Source: Paramecium tetraurelia (taxonomy: Eukaryota). From it: a stretch of 64,000 bases of DNA. Made by a program: the position numbers and the translations under genes. Where the stretch lies: contig CT868681.1 in NCBI GenBank assembly GCA_000165425.1, positions 124,001-188,000 on the forward strand. The letters are read 5' to 3'. Below, in pieces: positions 1 through 14,240 of the stretch (its first letter is position 1; every line of letters begins with the position of its first letter). Below the pieces are notes generated by a model that saw only the letters and a list, made by a program, of their open reading frames with translations, ran no database searches and had not been told where the DNA came from.

Positions 1-1163
1 CACAAATGATACTGAAACAGAGAGGAAAGATCTTACAATTACAAGATATTCTGTTATACCTTTATCTCATAATACTGGATTATTAGGATGGGTATAGAAT
101 TGTGATACTTTGCAACAATTAGTAAGGGAGTATAGAGATAAATATGCAATCAGATCTAATGCAGAAAGCACTTTAATGGAATAATTTTGTGCTCAATATC
201 AAAATCTGCCTTTGCCTAATAAAGTTGAGATTTATAGACACATTTTAGAAAATACTAGAGGGGAAGATTTGCAAAAGGTGTTGTGGATAAAATCACCAAA
301 TTCTGAAGTTTGGCTTGAAAGAAGAATTAATTATACAAGATCTTTGGCTACAATGTCAATGGGTTGGGTATATTCTGGGAATTAGGAGACAGACATCCAT
401 CGAATTTTATGTTGTAAAGATTAACTGGCAAAATTGTACATATAGATTTTGGAGATTGTTTTGGTAATGATACATTCTTATACATCAATAGAGGTGGCAA
501 TGAAAAGAGAGAAATATCCAGAGAGAGTCCCTTTCAGACTTACGAGAATGTTGGTAAAAGCAATGGAGGCTTGTGGAATAGAAGGAGTATATAGACATAC
601 ATGTAATATTGTAATGAGAGTACTAAGGGAAAATAAGGAGTATTATTAATTTTAATATTTTAGATCTCTATTGGCTGTGTTAGATTCGTTTGTGTATGAT
701 CCTTTACTTACATGGAGACTTTTGAATGCATAAGATCATAAACCTAAAAAGGAGGCTAGGAATGTAGATTTACACAAGTAAATCCCACAGTAAATGATCA
801 ATCAACTTCAATGATAAGGAAATTAGTTAGGGGAAGAGTTTGATTCAGGTCATTCCAGAAGCTAAAAGGAGGGGCAGCATAATTGATGACGGAAAGCAGT
901 AGTAAACTCTGAAGAGAAAGGAGAGTGGAAGGGAGAAGGAAATATATTTTGAATTTGCTGATGAAGAGAGGGAAATCCCAGATGATTTATAAAATTAGAA
1001 GGGGTTAGAGGTTATTGAGAGAATCAAGAAAAAATTACAAGGAAGAGATTTCAAGGAACATGAGGTGTTGTCAACTGAAAGTCAAGTCAATCAACTCATA
1101 CTATAAGCAACTAATCATGAAAATATTGCACAAGCTTACTTGGGATGGTGTCCATTTTGGTGA
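1..1163 (+). CDS. TOR: TOR kinase, C-terminal part (PIKK kinase domain + FATC); 5'-partial, with apparent frameshifts
   Basis: Reads [62 protein letters not shown] and the FATC end [10 protein letters not shown], then TGA at 1161-1163. Introns at about 464-491 and 640-663. The frame breaks near 362-381 and 780-840. Confidence 0.93.
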
Positions 1164-1265
1164 TTATTATGATAATCCATTCCAATATTAGTAATTATAA
1201 TATTGTTTTATTTTCAATTTAAATATTAAATGTTGCAGAAATCGATAAAATATGAGTTGTGTAAA

Positions 1266-1687
1266 TCACAAATACTATGACAATTATTCCTTCTTTATTG
1301 GCTTTACTAATAGGTCATCCATTCCTGCATTTAAACATGCTGTCTTCGTCTTTGGATCTCCATCTGATATATAATTAATCAATATGTATTGTTACCCCCA
1401 CTCAATCCTAATATCTTGCATTTAGGCAACCCTTTCGCTTTCTCATGAGCTCTTATTTGTTTGGTCGACTAATAAAATGTTCACTCCCTTACATCATATC
1501 CATCCATAACTGGCATATGAATATCCATTAAAACATGAGCGAAATTAGGTGATTTTTAATAAGTTTCCAGTGCTTCCTTTCCATTAGATACTACTACACA
1601 TTCTACTTTAAGAGCTCCGTAAAGCATTTTTATCAGATTCTGAGCAAAGGGCTCGTCATCTGCCACCAAAACCTTCTTTCCGTCCAT
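1266..1687 (-). CDS. Single-domain response regulator (CheY-like receiver), about 120 aa
   Basis: Reads MDGKKVLVADDEPFAQ...HVLMDIHMPVMDGYD...ILGLSG...CLNAGMDDLLVKPIKKEQLSQYL then TGA. Two small introns (1469-1492 and about 1364-1395). Confidence 0.9.
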
Positions 1688-1709
1688 AATAATAAAATAT
1701 ATTTATTAA

Positions 1710-3882
1710 TCACAATTTATTCTTCCTGTGTTTCTTCTCGATCTGTCTACGTTTTCCCTTCTCCATATTCTTCAATTTCAAGTTCTTCTTTATTTTTTTG
1801 GACTAAAATTGTATCAATAATGCAATACCTTCAACAGTTGTTCTGGCCTCTTTATCTCCTATTTTCCCCCTCTCTGTTGTCCTCCATCCTCTTGATTAAA
1901 GTAATATCCTTTGCCTCTCATTTATCTCCTCTTAAACAACTCTTTCGCTCTAGAAACCATTTATTGATCCTACAATTCAAAGATATCTTTACCTCCTCTT
2001 CTCCCACATTCTACAATTAAATGCTTGTTTGTTTCTACCACTTCTTTGAAGTTTTGCTTTCCTTTTTCAACCTTCATCCCCCGATCCTCTTTATCTTACT
2101 ACTAAGCTGCCTTTGGGTTCACATACTTCTTCTTATCCTTGTCCCAAACCATCTATTTTCTCTTACGTAGAGCATCCGTCCCATCTGAAATTACAAATGG
2201 ATTTATATCCTCTAATGTAATCTTATGCAAATCTTCGAATTCTGACTTTTTAGTTGGATCCCTTTAAGTTGGGATAAAGAACTTTTGATCCATAAAATTT
2301 TCTATATTTAATGATTTCGGCTATTCCTTTAATTCTATCTTTGGAAGAGGCTTGCGTTTTTGTACATCCTTTAAATGAGACACAGCCTTCATGAAAGGAT
2401 CTGATTTCTAATTTGATTCAAACTTCTTGATTTCTATAACACTCTAAGCAGATTTGAAATTCTTAATTTACTTAAGCATATCCTTTGTGTCCTCCTCAAC
2501 TTAGATCTTATCCTTAAATAATGGGTGCACTAAACTGGTATCTATATTTGTCTTCACTTTCTTGGCTGATCCTCTGGTCTTACGAAACTTCTCATTAGCT
2601 CTGGTTGCTATTTCTTTATAGTTCTAAAACTCAATGTCATCATTCAAGTCATTCAATTTCTCTTGATTTTACATCAACAATTCAATTGGCATATGGCCAT
2701 AAAATGACAATGAAGGGTCACTAAAATCACCCTCATTGACCAATTTTCTACCAACATATATCATTGTTTCTTTGATGTAAAGAATCTCCTCTGATGATAT
2801 CAATGCATATACATAACCTGCCTTACCTGCTCTTGCTGTACGACCAGATCTGTGTATAAATATTTTAGGATTGGATGGATAATCATAATGTATAACATTA
2901 GCCACGAATGGTAGATCTATACCTCTACTTGCTAAATCAGTAACAATCAACACTTTCACTTGATTCCTTTTGAAGTTATCTAATTATTCTTTTCTGTCCA
3001 ACTAATCCATTTTACCATAAACATGAACATTTGAAATATGAAATTTATTCAAGGCATAGGAGAGCATATCAACCAAAAATCTAGTTGAAGCAAATATCAA
3101 ACAAGTGTCATCAAGCGATCTAATCAAATAGATGAGAGCACTCAACTTATTGTCATTAGCTGCAAATAAAAAATGCAATTGCATTGAATCTGGCAATTGG
3201 AACTCCTTGTCCAATTTACAGAATATGTAATCCTTTAATCCTACAGATGCGAACATACTGAGTTGTTCTGGAATGGTGGCAGAAAACATCAATGATTGTT
3301 TTTAAGAAGGAAGATGGGATAAGATTTATTTCAGTTGATCTGCCAAACCCATTTCAAATAGAAAATCTGCCTCGTCATAAATGACCATTTGGACTCTAGA
3401 CAATTTCAGTCTATCTTCCAAGAGATGTTGCAACACTCTACCAGGGGTACAAATCAAAATATCTGGATTTGAAGCCAAACTCTCAAATTAACCCTCGAAG
3501 CCATGTCCTCCGACCATAATAGAGTATTGGATGTCTGAGAATTTCAATAAGGCTTTCAAGACTGATGCAATTTGCAAGGCCAATTCTCTTGTTGGGAGGA
3601 GAATTAATCCCCTTATGCCGACAACTGTACTGTGGTTCTGGAGTTTGTTAATGAGGGGGATCAGGAAAGCAGCTGTTTTACCAGAGCCGGTTTTCGAACA
3701 AGCCACAATGTCACGTCCTGCCAATATTTGGGGTATTGCCTAGATTGGATAAATGGGCATTATACTTTTCTTTAAATTGGAGTGGGAACATTAAATCCTT
3801 GACTTTTGATAGCTCTATAAAGTTCTGGGATTAATCCCATGGATTCGAATCCTCCAGATTTTTTGACTTTAGTTTAATCCAT
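1710..3882 (-). CDS. DEAD-box RNA helicase, DDX54/Dbp10-like
   Basis: Q-motif GGFESMG...PTPIQ, then [36 protein letters not shown] and [10 protein letters not shown]. The C-terminal VWDKDKKKY region is typical of Dbp10. One intron near 3741-3765. Confidence 0.88.
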
Positions 3883-4072
3883 ATATTAAATTATTAAATG
3901 CGATTTGGATGTTAATATTTATGATATTCCTTAGAATTTGATATTGAAAGACTTAAATTTTAAATGAAATTTATAGACTTAGAAATGATTTAAATGATCT
4001 GAACCATTATTGAATAATGAATTGGTTTCTAAAATATTTAAATTAATTTTTCTCCATAATTAATAATTAAAA

Positions 4073-4981
4073 ATGGAAAGAGCTGCAAATCTCATCTTAA
4101 CAGCAGGATCTCTACTTGTCGGAGGTGGAATGCTATTTAAGTCCTTCTTCTATACCGTGGATGGAGGACAAAGAGGATTAATATTCGATCGATTTTAAGG
4201 AGTCAAAGAATCTATCTAAGGAGAGGGAATGCACTTTTTCATCCCAGTTATTTAAGTATTGAATTGCATCACGATTTCTCTAGTCACCAATAGTGGCTGA
4301 AGTGCGTCTCTAACCAAAAACTGTGGCTTCTCACACAGGTACTAAGGATTTACAAACTGTTGATATCGCTATCAGAATGCTTCATAAACCAATTGAATAA
4401 TATTTACCTGAAATTTATAAGTAGAAATTACAATTAATATTTTTCTTAGAACTATTGGTTTAAATTACGAAGAGAAGATTCTTCCATCCATTGCTAATGA
4501 AGTCTTGAAGGCAGTCGTGGCCTAATATGATGCAGATTAATTGATCAAAATGAGAGAGAAGATATCCTAGGAAATTAAGGAAGGTTTGATTGAAAGAGCA
4601 AAGGAATTCAAAATTGTCTTGGAAGATGTATCAATTACTCATTTGGGATTCATGAAAGAATATGCTCAAGCTATTGAAGCTAAATAAGTGGCTTAGTAGT
4701 TGGCAGAAAGATAAAAGTTCATTGTGTTGAGGGATGAAGAAGAAAAGAATGCAAAAATCATATTATCTGAGGGAGAATCAGAAGCTGCAAGATTGATTAA
4801 TGAAGCAGTGAAATCTTATGGAACAGGTACTAATTGATTATTCAATATAATAGCCTAGATTGAAATCAAGAAATTAGAAACTGCAAAACATATTGCTGAA
4901 ACCTTAGCCAAGAGTCCAAACATTAGTTGGATCCCAACTGGAAATGGAGTTTCAAATCTATTGAATTTGAAAACATTTTGA
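4073..4981 (+). CDS. Prohibitin (PHB1-like, SPFH domain)
   Basis: Reads [48 protein letters not shown] and AIEAKQVAQQ. Three small introns; TGA at 4979-4981. Confidence 0.93.
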
Positions 4982-5016
4982 GAATGTAATTTATATTATT
5001 TGAATGCATATATATA

Positions 5017-7809
5017 TCATGCTTTGACGAGTTTTCTTAACACATATTATAAGATTCCTCCATGTTTGTAATATTCAATTTCAACCTCAGTGTCTAATCT
5101 GGATTTTGCCTAGAATTTCTTGCCAGTTGCTAAAGATAATAGAAATAAATGATTACATGTTTCAACAGTGTATGTTTAACCAAGAGTTAAATTGCTTTCA
5201 TTGACATTGATAGTGAATTATTCTTTTCCAGTTAATCCAAGAGTGTCAGCACTTTCTCCCTTTAAGAATTCAAGTGGTAGGATACCCATTCCAACTAAAT
5301 TGGATCTGTGGATTCTCTCAAATGATTATGCGATGACACATTTAACACCTTACAAATATGGTCCTCTAAGAAATATGATATAAATAATTACTTTGCTGCC
5401 CAATCTCTGCTACTTCCTGAACCATACTCTTGACCAGCCAAAACAATAGTTTGATTTCCCTCTTTCATGTGTTTATCAGCTGCATCGAAGACATCCATGA
5501 CATCTCCTGTTGGGACATAGACAGTTTAAGGTCCAACCTTACTGACCAACTTGTTGATGATACGAGTGTTAGCAAAGGTACCTCTGGCCATGATTTCATC
5601 ATTTCCTCTTCTGGCACCATAGGTGTTGAAATCCTTTTTGGCAACACCTTTGCTCTTAAGATAACGTCCAGCAGGGGAGTTTTCAGAAATAGAACCAGCT
5701 GGTGAGATGTGATCTGTTGTGATGAAATCACCCAAGTTCAAAAAGACAATAAGCATTCTTAATTGGTTAGACTTATTTTGGATTCAATTCTGTGGTTTAG
5801 AAGAATGGTGGGTTGTGAATATAAGTGGATTCTGGTTTCCATTAATAAAGATCTGTCTTGTTGACTTTCAATTGATTCCATCTTTCAGTTCCTTATGCGA
5901 TTCTTGAGTAGATATCTCTGAACATTTATGGTTTGAGTGCTTATTCAACAGCCTTACCACATTATTCTCTGCTTGGCCAGATATCTTTCAAAAATACTGG
6001 TTTTCCATTTTTATCAGTTCCAATTGGTGTTGTATCAAAATCAATGTTGACTGTACCAGCTAATGCATAAGCAACAACCAATGGTGGAGATGCAAGATAA
6101 TTGGCTCTAACTTATTAGTGGATTCTGGCTTCAAAGTTACGATTTCCTGAGAGGACAGCTGCAGCAACTAAATCCTTATTTTTAATGGCTTCTGCAACTT
6201 CGTTATCTAATTCTCCAGTGTTACCAATGCAAGTCATACATCCATAACCAGCAGTTGTGAAACCCAATTAATCAAGATATTTGCTGACACCAGATTCCTC
6301 GAAATATTTAGTAACAACATTGGATCCTGGAGAGAGAGTGGTTTTGATGTATGGCTTAACTTTCAATCCCTTTTCAACAGCATTCTTAGCCAAAAGACCA
6401 GCACCAATCATACTTTCTGGATTACTTGTATTTGTGCATGATGTAATAGCAGCAATAACAACACTTCCATGTTACAGAGAATATTTCTATCCTTGATATG
6501 TGAATTCTGCAACATCTGTTTATTTTTCTTAAGGAATTCCAAATCCTTTGAATCCAACCTTATTGTTGAGACAAGAAGCCCAATCTTTCTTCATTTCAGC
6601 CAATGGTACTCTATCATGAGGTCTCTTTGGTCCTGAGAGTGATGGTTAGACTGAGGCAAGATCCAAATCTAAAACATCACCAGAGAAGTGGGGATCATTT
6701 CCACTCTTGTAATCACGGAACAAACCTTATTCTCTGAGATAAGTTTCAATTTGTCTAACTTTGCTTTCTGGTCTACCTGTTAAGTTCAAATAATCAATAG
6801 TCTTGTGATCGATTGGGAAGTATCCCATGGTGGCACCATATTCTGGAGCCATGTTGGCAATGGTAGCTCTATCAGCAAGAGATAAGGTTTCAACTCCTGG
6901 TCCAAAGAATTCTACGAATTTACCAACGACACCTCTCTTTCTTAACATTTATGTGCATGTAAGGACTAGATCTGTGGCTGTGACATTTGCTGGTAATTTT
7001 CCATGTAATCTGAAACCAACGACTTCTGGTAAGACCATTGATATTGTTTATCCCAAGCATTACAGCTTCAGCTTCAATTCCACCAACTCCCCATCCTGTC
7101 ACTCCTAAACCATTAATCATTGTGGTGTGTGAATCTGTTCCTACGACTGAGTCTGGGAATAAATATCCTTATTCTTCCATGACAACTCTTGCCAAATATT
7201 CCAAGTTCACTTAATGAACAATTCCTGATCCAGGTGGAACAATCAAGAAGTTCTTGAAGGCTGTTGATCCCCATTTCAAGAATTCGAAACGCTCATAGTT
7301 ACGACTGAATTCAATTTTCTCATTCTCTTCATATGCTCTTGGTACTCTTGATACATCTGCTTGAACTGAGTGATCAATCACCAAGTCAACTGGGCACAAT
7401 GGATTAATCTTTTAAGGGTCTCCACCTAGTCTCTTCATTGCATCTCTCATTGCAGCCAAATCTACTACTGCTGGCACTCCTGTAAAATCTTGTAAAATGA
7501 CACGTGCTGGCTTGAATGGAATCTCTATCTATTTTGGAGCATTTGTCTCCCAATTCAAGATATTCTAAACATCCTTCGATGTCACTGCAAACTCATCACA
7601 ATTACGCACTGCTGATTCCAACAACACTCTGATCGAATATGGTAAATGATCTATACAATATACACCTCAAACTTACTTAATTTAGAATCTCCCAAAGCTG
7701 GTAAACTAAAGAATTTATACTCCTTTCCGTCAACCTTGAGTGTTTTCTAAGCCTTAATGTATGGGTTTGCTCTTGCTCCGAACCTGAATCTGGAAGTGAA
7801 TCTTATCAT
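5017..7809 (-). CDS. Aconitate hydratase, AcnA/IRP1 type, with a short mitochondrial-type presequence
   Basis: Starts [17 protein letters not shown], then [72 protein letters not shown] and YKHGGILQYVLR. Small introns. Confidence 0.96.
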
Positions 7810-8318
7810 AATTAAAAATTTATTTTAGGCATCACTCAGCATTAATAATCACATAAATACTCCATTTTTTTATAATAATTATTCAAAGATACAAAATATT
7901 TATGCATTTTATAAATAATGACGATATATTTTATATTAACTATTTTTGGAATTATAATTATTAGACAATTTTTCCATCCTCAAATGCGATTGATAATATA
8001 AAATATCTGATTTTAATAGTTATAATTATTCTCAAAAACAATATGAATTAAGCAAAATTATTATTTCACTTTAATAATTAGTTCATTTTTGGATTACCTC
8101 ACCTTGTCTTAACAGTTATTTTGAATTATAACATAATGAATGATTAGATCATTTACGATCAATCCTTTGCTTTAAGTTGTACAAGAGTAAGTTTACAGAT
8201 GTTAATAAATAAATGCATTCAAATCGATTTGATGTTTTGACAAATCAGATTATTCATACTTATTTAATTTAGGCATTCCCTTCTTGAGAAATCAACGCCT
8301 ATTAGAGAATTATATTAA

Positions 8319-9725
8319 ATGTTCTTCAGATAAGCAAGTATAAATTCAATCTTTAATCATGCTAACTTTTTCTTTATTTAATAGAATAATGGACCTTCAT
8401 ATAAGGTGGCTGTAAAAAATTTAATATATTTTCAAATGAATTTATATGATATCGAAAAAGAAAATTATTTTCAAGCTATTGTTCAGCTACGAAGGGAAAT
8501 AAGTTTTCAAAAATAAAATCAAGATTCTCAGATATCAGTATCCAATAATTCTTCATTATCACTTTATAATATAAATAACTAATAATATTTAGAGGATCAA
8601 GTAAATGTCAATGATTAGAATTAAAATATCATTCAGGGAGGCAATTAAAATGATTCAAATATTACTCAAGTTGAGAAAATATCTTACTTCGAAATTCTAT
8701 CATAGGCTGAGAAATACTTGAAATTAGTATTGAATTATGGCTACAATCTATAACCTTAAGCGTTAGATAAAAGATTAAACGAATATGAAAATATCCTATG
8801 CAAAAAAGTACAATAGTGTACTGAAAAAGGAACCTGCCAACACTTCTCCTTTAATTCAGATGATAATTTAATTGCAATATCAAAAGGAAATTAATTTACA
8901 ATATTCAACTATAATGGGGGATTAAAAGATAATTTACAAAATTGTGTCCATCTAGGTTAGGTAACTGCCTTAATTTTTAGTAAAAAAACGAATTTTATAC
9001 TTTCAGGAGGAATGGATAATATGATTCGTCTGTGGGAATAATAACAAGATCAAAATCAATGGAAAGAGAAAATATTTAAAAATACAAGAAGTCCTATTAG
9101 CTGTATGATATTAAACAAATAGGAAAATAGTATCATTGTTGGTAATAAATATGGTTACTTATAAATTTTTTATCTAAATATTGAAAACTCTATGATTACA
9201 TTTACAAATGAAATACAACATATTCATACAAAAGAGATCTGTGGAATTAGCCTTAATCCATCTTAAAATAGAATAATTACTTGCTCATTAGATAAAAAAA
9301 TAGTACTTTGGAGAACAAATGAAAAGGGATATCTGGAGAATATCGAAGAAAGTAAAAGAGATAATGCGATCACTGGCATATTTTTTTTAAATGATAACAA
9401 AATCCTTTTAGCTGAAAATAAAAAAGGATTGATTCAATTGAAGTTAGCAAATGACATATTTCAGAAGAATGAATAAATAATAATTCAAGATGAAAATGAG
9501 GATAATTATTATTTTCCAATTTAATATAATTAAATAAGAAAGATCCTCTTAATAAAATCTAATAGATGTATTTATATATTGAAAGAATTAAATAATGATG
9601 TCTATGAAGAGAAAAGAAAATTAGAATTAAGATCTATAAAAATATACGGTACTTTATCAACTAATAGCAAGCACCTAGTCATTTATAATGAAGAATAAAT
9701 ATATTCCTATGTATTATTTGAATGA
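8319..9725 (+). CDS. WD40-repeat protein (5' end uncertain)
   Basis: TGA-free frame from 8241 to 9725 with WD repeats such as HLGQVTALIFSKKTNFILSGGMDNMIRLWE and HTKEICGISLNPSQNRIITCSLDKKIVLW. Confidence 0.7.
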
Positions 9726-10015
9726 TTTATATATCTTAACAATTATTGTATTATTTCTCAAGAAGGAGACCTATGTTTAAATTATCAATTCTATTGATTT
9801 GAACAACATTTGGACATAAAATGTTTGATTATTATCAAAAACACATTCTAAACATGATCCTAATGTAAACAAATTAGAAAACATATCACAAAATGTATTT
9901 TAAATATAGATCTTTGCAAGTCATCAAATATCTTTTGACTTAAGCATACAGTAAATTACTTAAATACCTAAATTAAATACAAAAATTAGTAATTATTTAT
10001 ACCATATTATATATT

Positions 10016-11372
<1,357 letters not shown>

Positions 11373-11505
11373 ATATCTTTTTTGTTTAATTTTGATATTC
11401 AAATTAATAAAGAGCTCAATTATTTTGATTTTTATTATGAAAATAATATTAAAAGCAAAGCAATCTTTTGTTAATATTGTTTAATGAGAATTTAGGAATA
11501 TAAAA

Positions 11506-12642
11506 TCATTTTTTTATCTTTTTTTATTCTAAGTCTCTCAATTTCCAATAAGGAATATTTTCATTTTTGATACTTCCTCTTTTAGATTTAATTTTTTAAC
11601 ATTTCACCTACAGAGATTCTTCAGTTTTTTATTTCCCCAACTATTCATCCAATCTATCAATTTTCAATGCTTTATCCCAAATTTTACTAGTTGGAGAATT
11701 ATGAATTTCATTAGGGTTCAGAGCAATCTATTCTAATATTTTCTCTTTATCTTAATCCAATATAATCATTATTTTTCTACACTCAAGCCTATTTGTAAAG
11801 TTAGAATTTGGTATCTCTTCCCCTTTATTTGATTCAAAGTAGGGTTTTCCGTATTAGTATTGAGTCTTTTAAACAGGCTTAAAGTTGTCCTCACAACATG
11901 AGTGCTTCCTTTTTTCAAAAAATAAGTCAAGGTTCTTTTAGAGGGTAATTTAATTTTCCTATATCTTCATATCCTAAGAAGACTTGGTTCTTTCAAATGG
12001 GTTTCTTGGTTCTTATCCATTTTCCTCTCTATTCGATTACATGAATTAAGCAGTTCCAGGAGTATCTACTGTTTTTTAAATTAGTTTAGAATCTTCCGTT
12101 TATAGCGAGGCTTGAAATGTAATTCTATTTGAAATAGGATTGATTTCTGGTCCCCAAATTTCAAGAGGGTTCGGAACCTTTTCAATTATTTTCTTTTTTA
12201 ATTCTTGCAACTTCAGAAGGGTGGTATCTCTATCGTTGATGCTCATTCTCTTTCTGTTAATTATAATGTTCTTTAGGGGTAAGGCTTCTTAACTAACTCT
12301 AATGGGTGAAGCGTCCGTATTATGAAGTGTTTTATGCTTTTTTATTTAATAATTGCTCACCACATCCCTCTATTGATTTGGTTGATGCTGGGATTGATTG
12401 GTATGACATTTCTAATATTTCTTAAGTAACTATAAAATATCAGGGGTAGATTTTTGTTTTTGTCTTTCAGGTTTATGTATTTGCGCATAAGAGCTTTATT
12501 TCTAAATTACATATTCAGATAGTTTTCTCTTGATTGGGGTGTGTATTTTTGAATAGGAATCCTTGTTTCCTTGTTGCTGATGCTCACTAAAATTTGAATG
12601 ATTGGTAGTGGTCATGTGTTTCTGTTAATTTAATTTGAGCAT
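11506..12642 (-). CDS. Hypothetical hydrophilic protein (about 378 aa)
   Basis: ATG at 12642 and TGA at 11506-11508 are in the same frame. Composition is Q/K/S/N-rich and no domain is recognisable. Confidence 0.6.
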
Positions 12643-12669
12643 AATATATATATATATATATTAGTATAA

Positions 12670-12981
12670 TCATAGCATTTCAAGAAACCTCTAATTAAGG
12701 TTCTTACTTGATTTTTGTCGAGGAGGACTTGCCAACGATGTCCCAGATCTCAAATCTATAATTACTGATTCTGAAGGAAATCTTAAATGACATGGTGAAT
12801 GTATTTCTTTGATAGATGTCTATTTTATGAAGAATATTTCATCCATCATATCCATTCTGTCTGAGTCCCCAATAACTGCGATAAGCAATGGCTCCAATTT
12901 CATTTTGTTTGGATAAGTTTAAGATTTATGATTCCCATTATGCTACTACTACATAAAGGGTCGATTTTGACAGCAACCCAT
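12670..12981 (-). CDS. Small N-acylated protein (MGCC...), family member A, 103 aa
   Basis: Intronless: MGCCQNRPF...KLEPLLIAVIGDSD...SVIIDLRSG...KNLNQRFLEML then TGA. Confidence 0.75.
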
Positions 12982-13526
12982 CTTGTTAAAGTTGAAGAGC
13001 TTATAATATTTAATAAATTTCAAATCATTTATTTGTTTACTCAAATTCATTTGATCGTATCTTTTATTTATTTGTTGCTATATAATACATTATATAAGAC
13101 AAATAGGTCGATAGTAATAGAAATTAAATTATAATATTCCTAAAAGGTATTTTAAAACTAATGAGTTAAATTGCTCGAACACCTTATTATTGTTCTGAAA
13201 ATTAGAAGAATTTAAATTAATTTTATAATTATATTAAAATTGTTTGCTTTTTTGTTACACGGTGAAGTTTAGAAAATGATTTTCTTATAGATTACAATTA
13301 TATTCAATCAATATTGTTTGTGAAACATTACATTAATGTTTTAAATATTACAATAATTATTATAATAGCTTAAAGTTGAACTATATGAACATTGACTTTC
13401 GTTAATAACCAATAAGAGTGGGGCTTAAAAAACAGTCACTTCAGAATCTAAATTATTGAAAATATATAATCTTCTGATTTATCTATAACAAAGTCACTTA
13501 AATTCTTATGTGTATTATTTGTAGAT

Positions 13527-13874
13527 TCATAGCATTCCTATAAATTTTTTGTTGAGATTTTTGGTTGTATTATCTTTAACCAATTAGGTCGAGTTTGAAT
13601 GTCTCAAATTAATGATGACATCATTTTTAGACTACAAACTAAGTTAGTTCTCCAATTGGCTAAGCTGCTTCTCAATGAGTACATTATCTATGCATGTGCT
13701 GCCAAGTCTTTCCATCTTTTCTTCAAGATCGATGCATTCATTATCTCCTTTAATGAGATTTAGCTATAAGGGTTGCATCTGAAGGGTTTTAGGCGAAAAT
13801 TGTTCTTTAATTGAGACGAATCCTGTAATCTAATGTTCCTTTTCTGCATTTGAGATTTGCTAACAACACCCAAT
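13527..13874 (-). CDS. Small N-acylated protein family member B; ATT occupies the expected start position
   Basis: ATT-GGG-TGT-TGT opens (I)GCCQQISNAEKE...MQPLQLNLIKGDNE...DVIINLRHS...KNLNKKFIGML then TGA. An in-frame ATG also lies upstream at 13967. Confidence 0.65.
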
Positions 13875-14240
13875 TATTTAATTTATTATCTGGAGAGACA
13901 AAATATTTTATTTTAAATTGCTTACTTATAATTTGATTACTAAAGCCAATTAGATGATATTATCCATACTCTTCAAAGTATTATTTATATTGTATACAAG
14001 TCCTCTCATATTTTATGCCAAGATACAGGATATGGATACTATATTTTTATTATTTTTGAATATTTACAGTTTTAGAAATTTCGAAAAAGAAAGAATTAAT
14101 GTTGAATTTATGATGCTCATCATTAAATATTAATAATATTTTTTATATATCAAAACTTTAATATTAAAATATATTATATAGTAAATTAATTTAATTCTTG
14201 GTAATTAAGGTGAAAACATTAAATAATTTTTCAAATCTTT

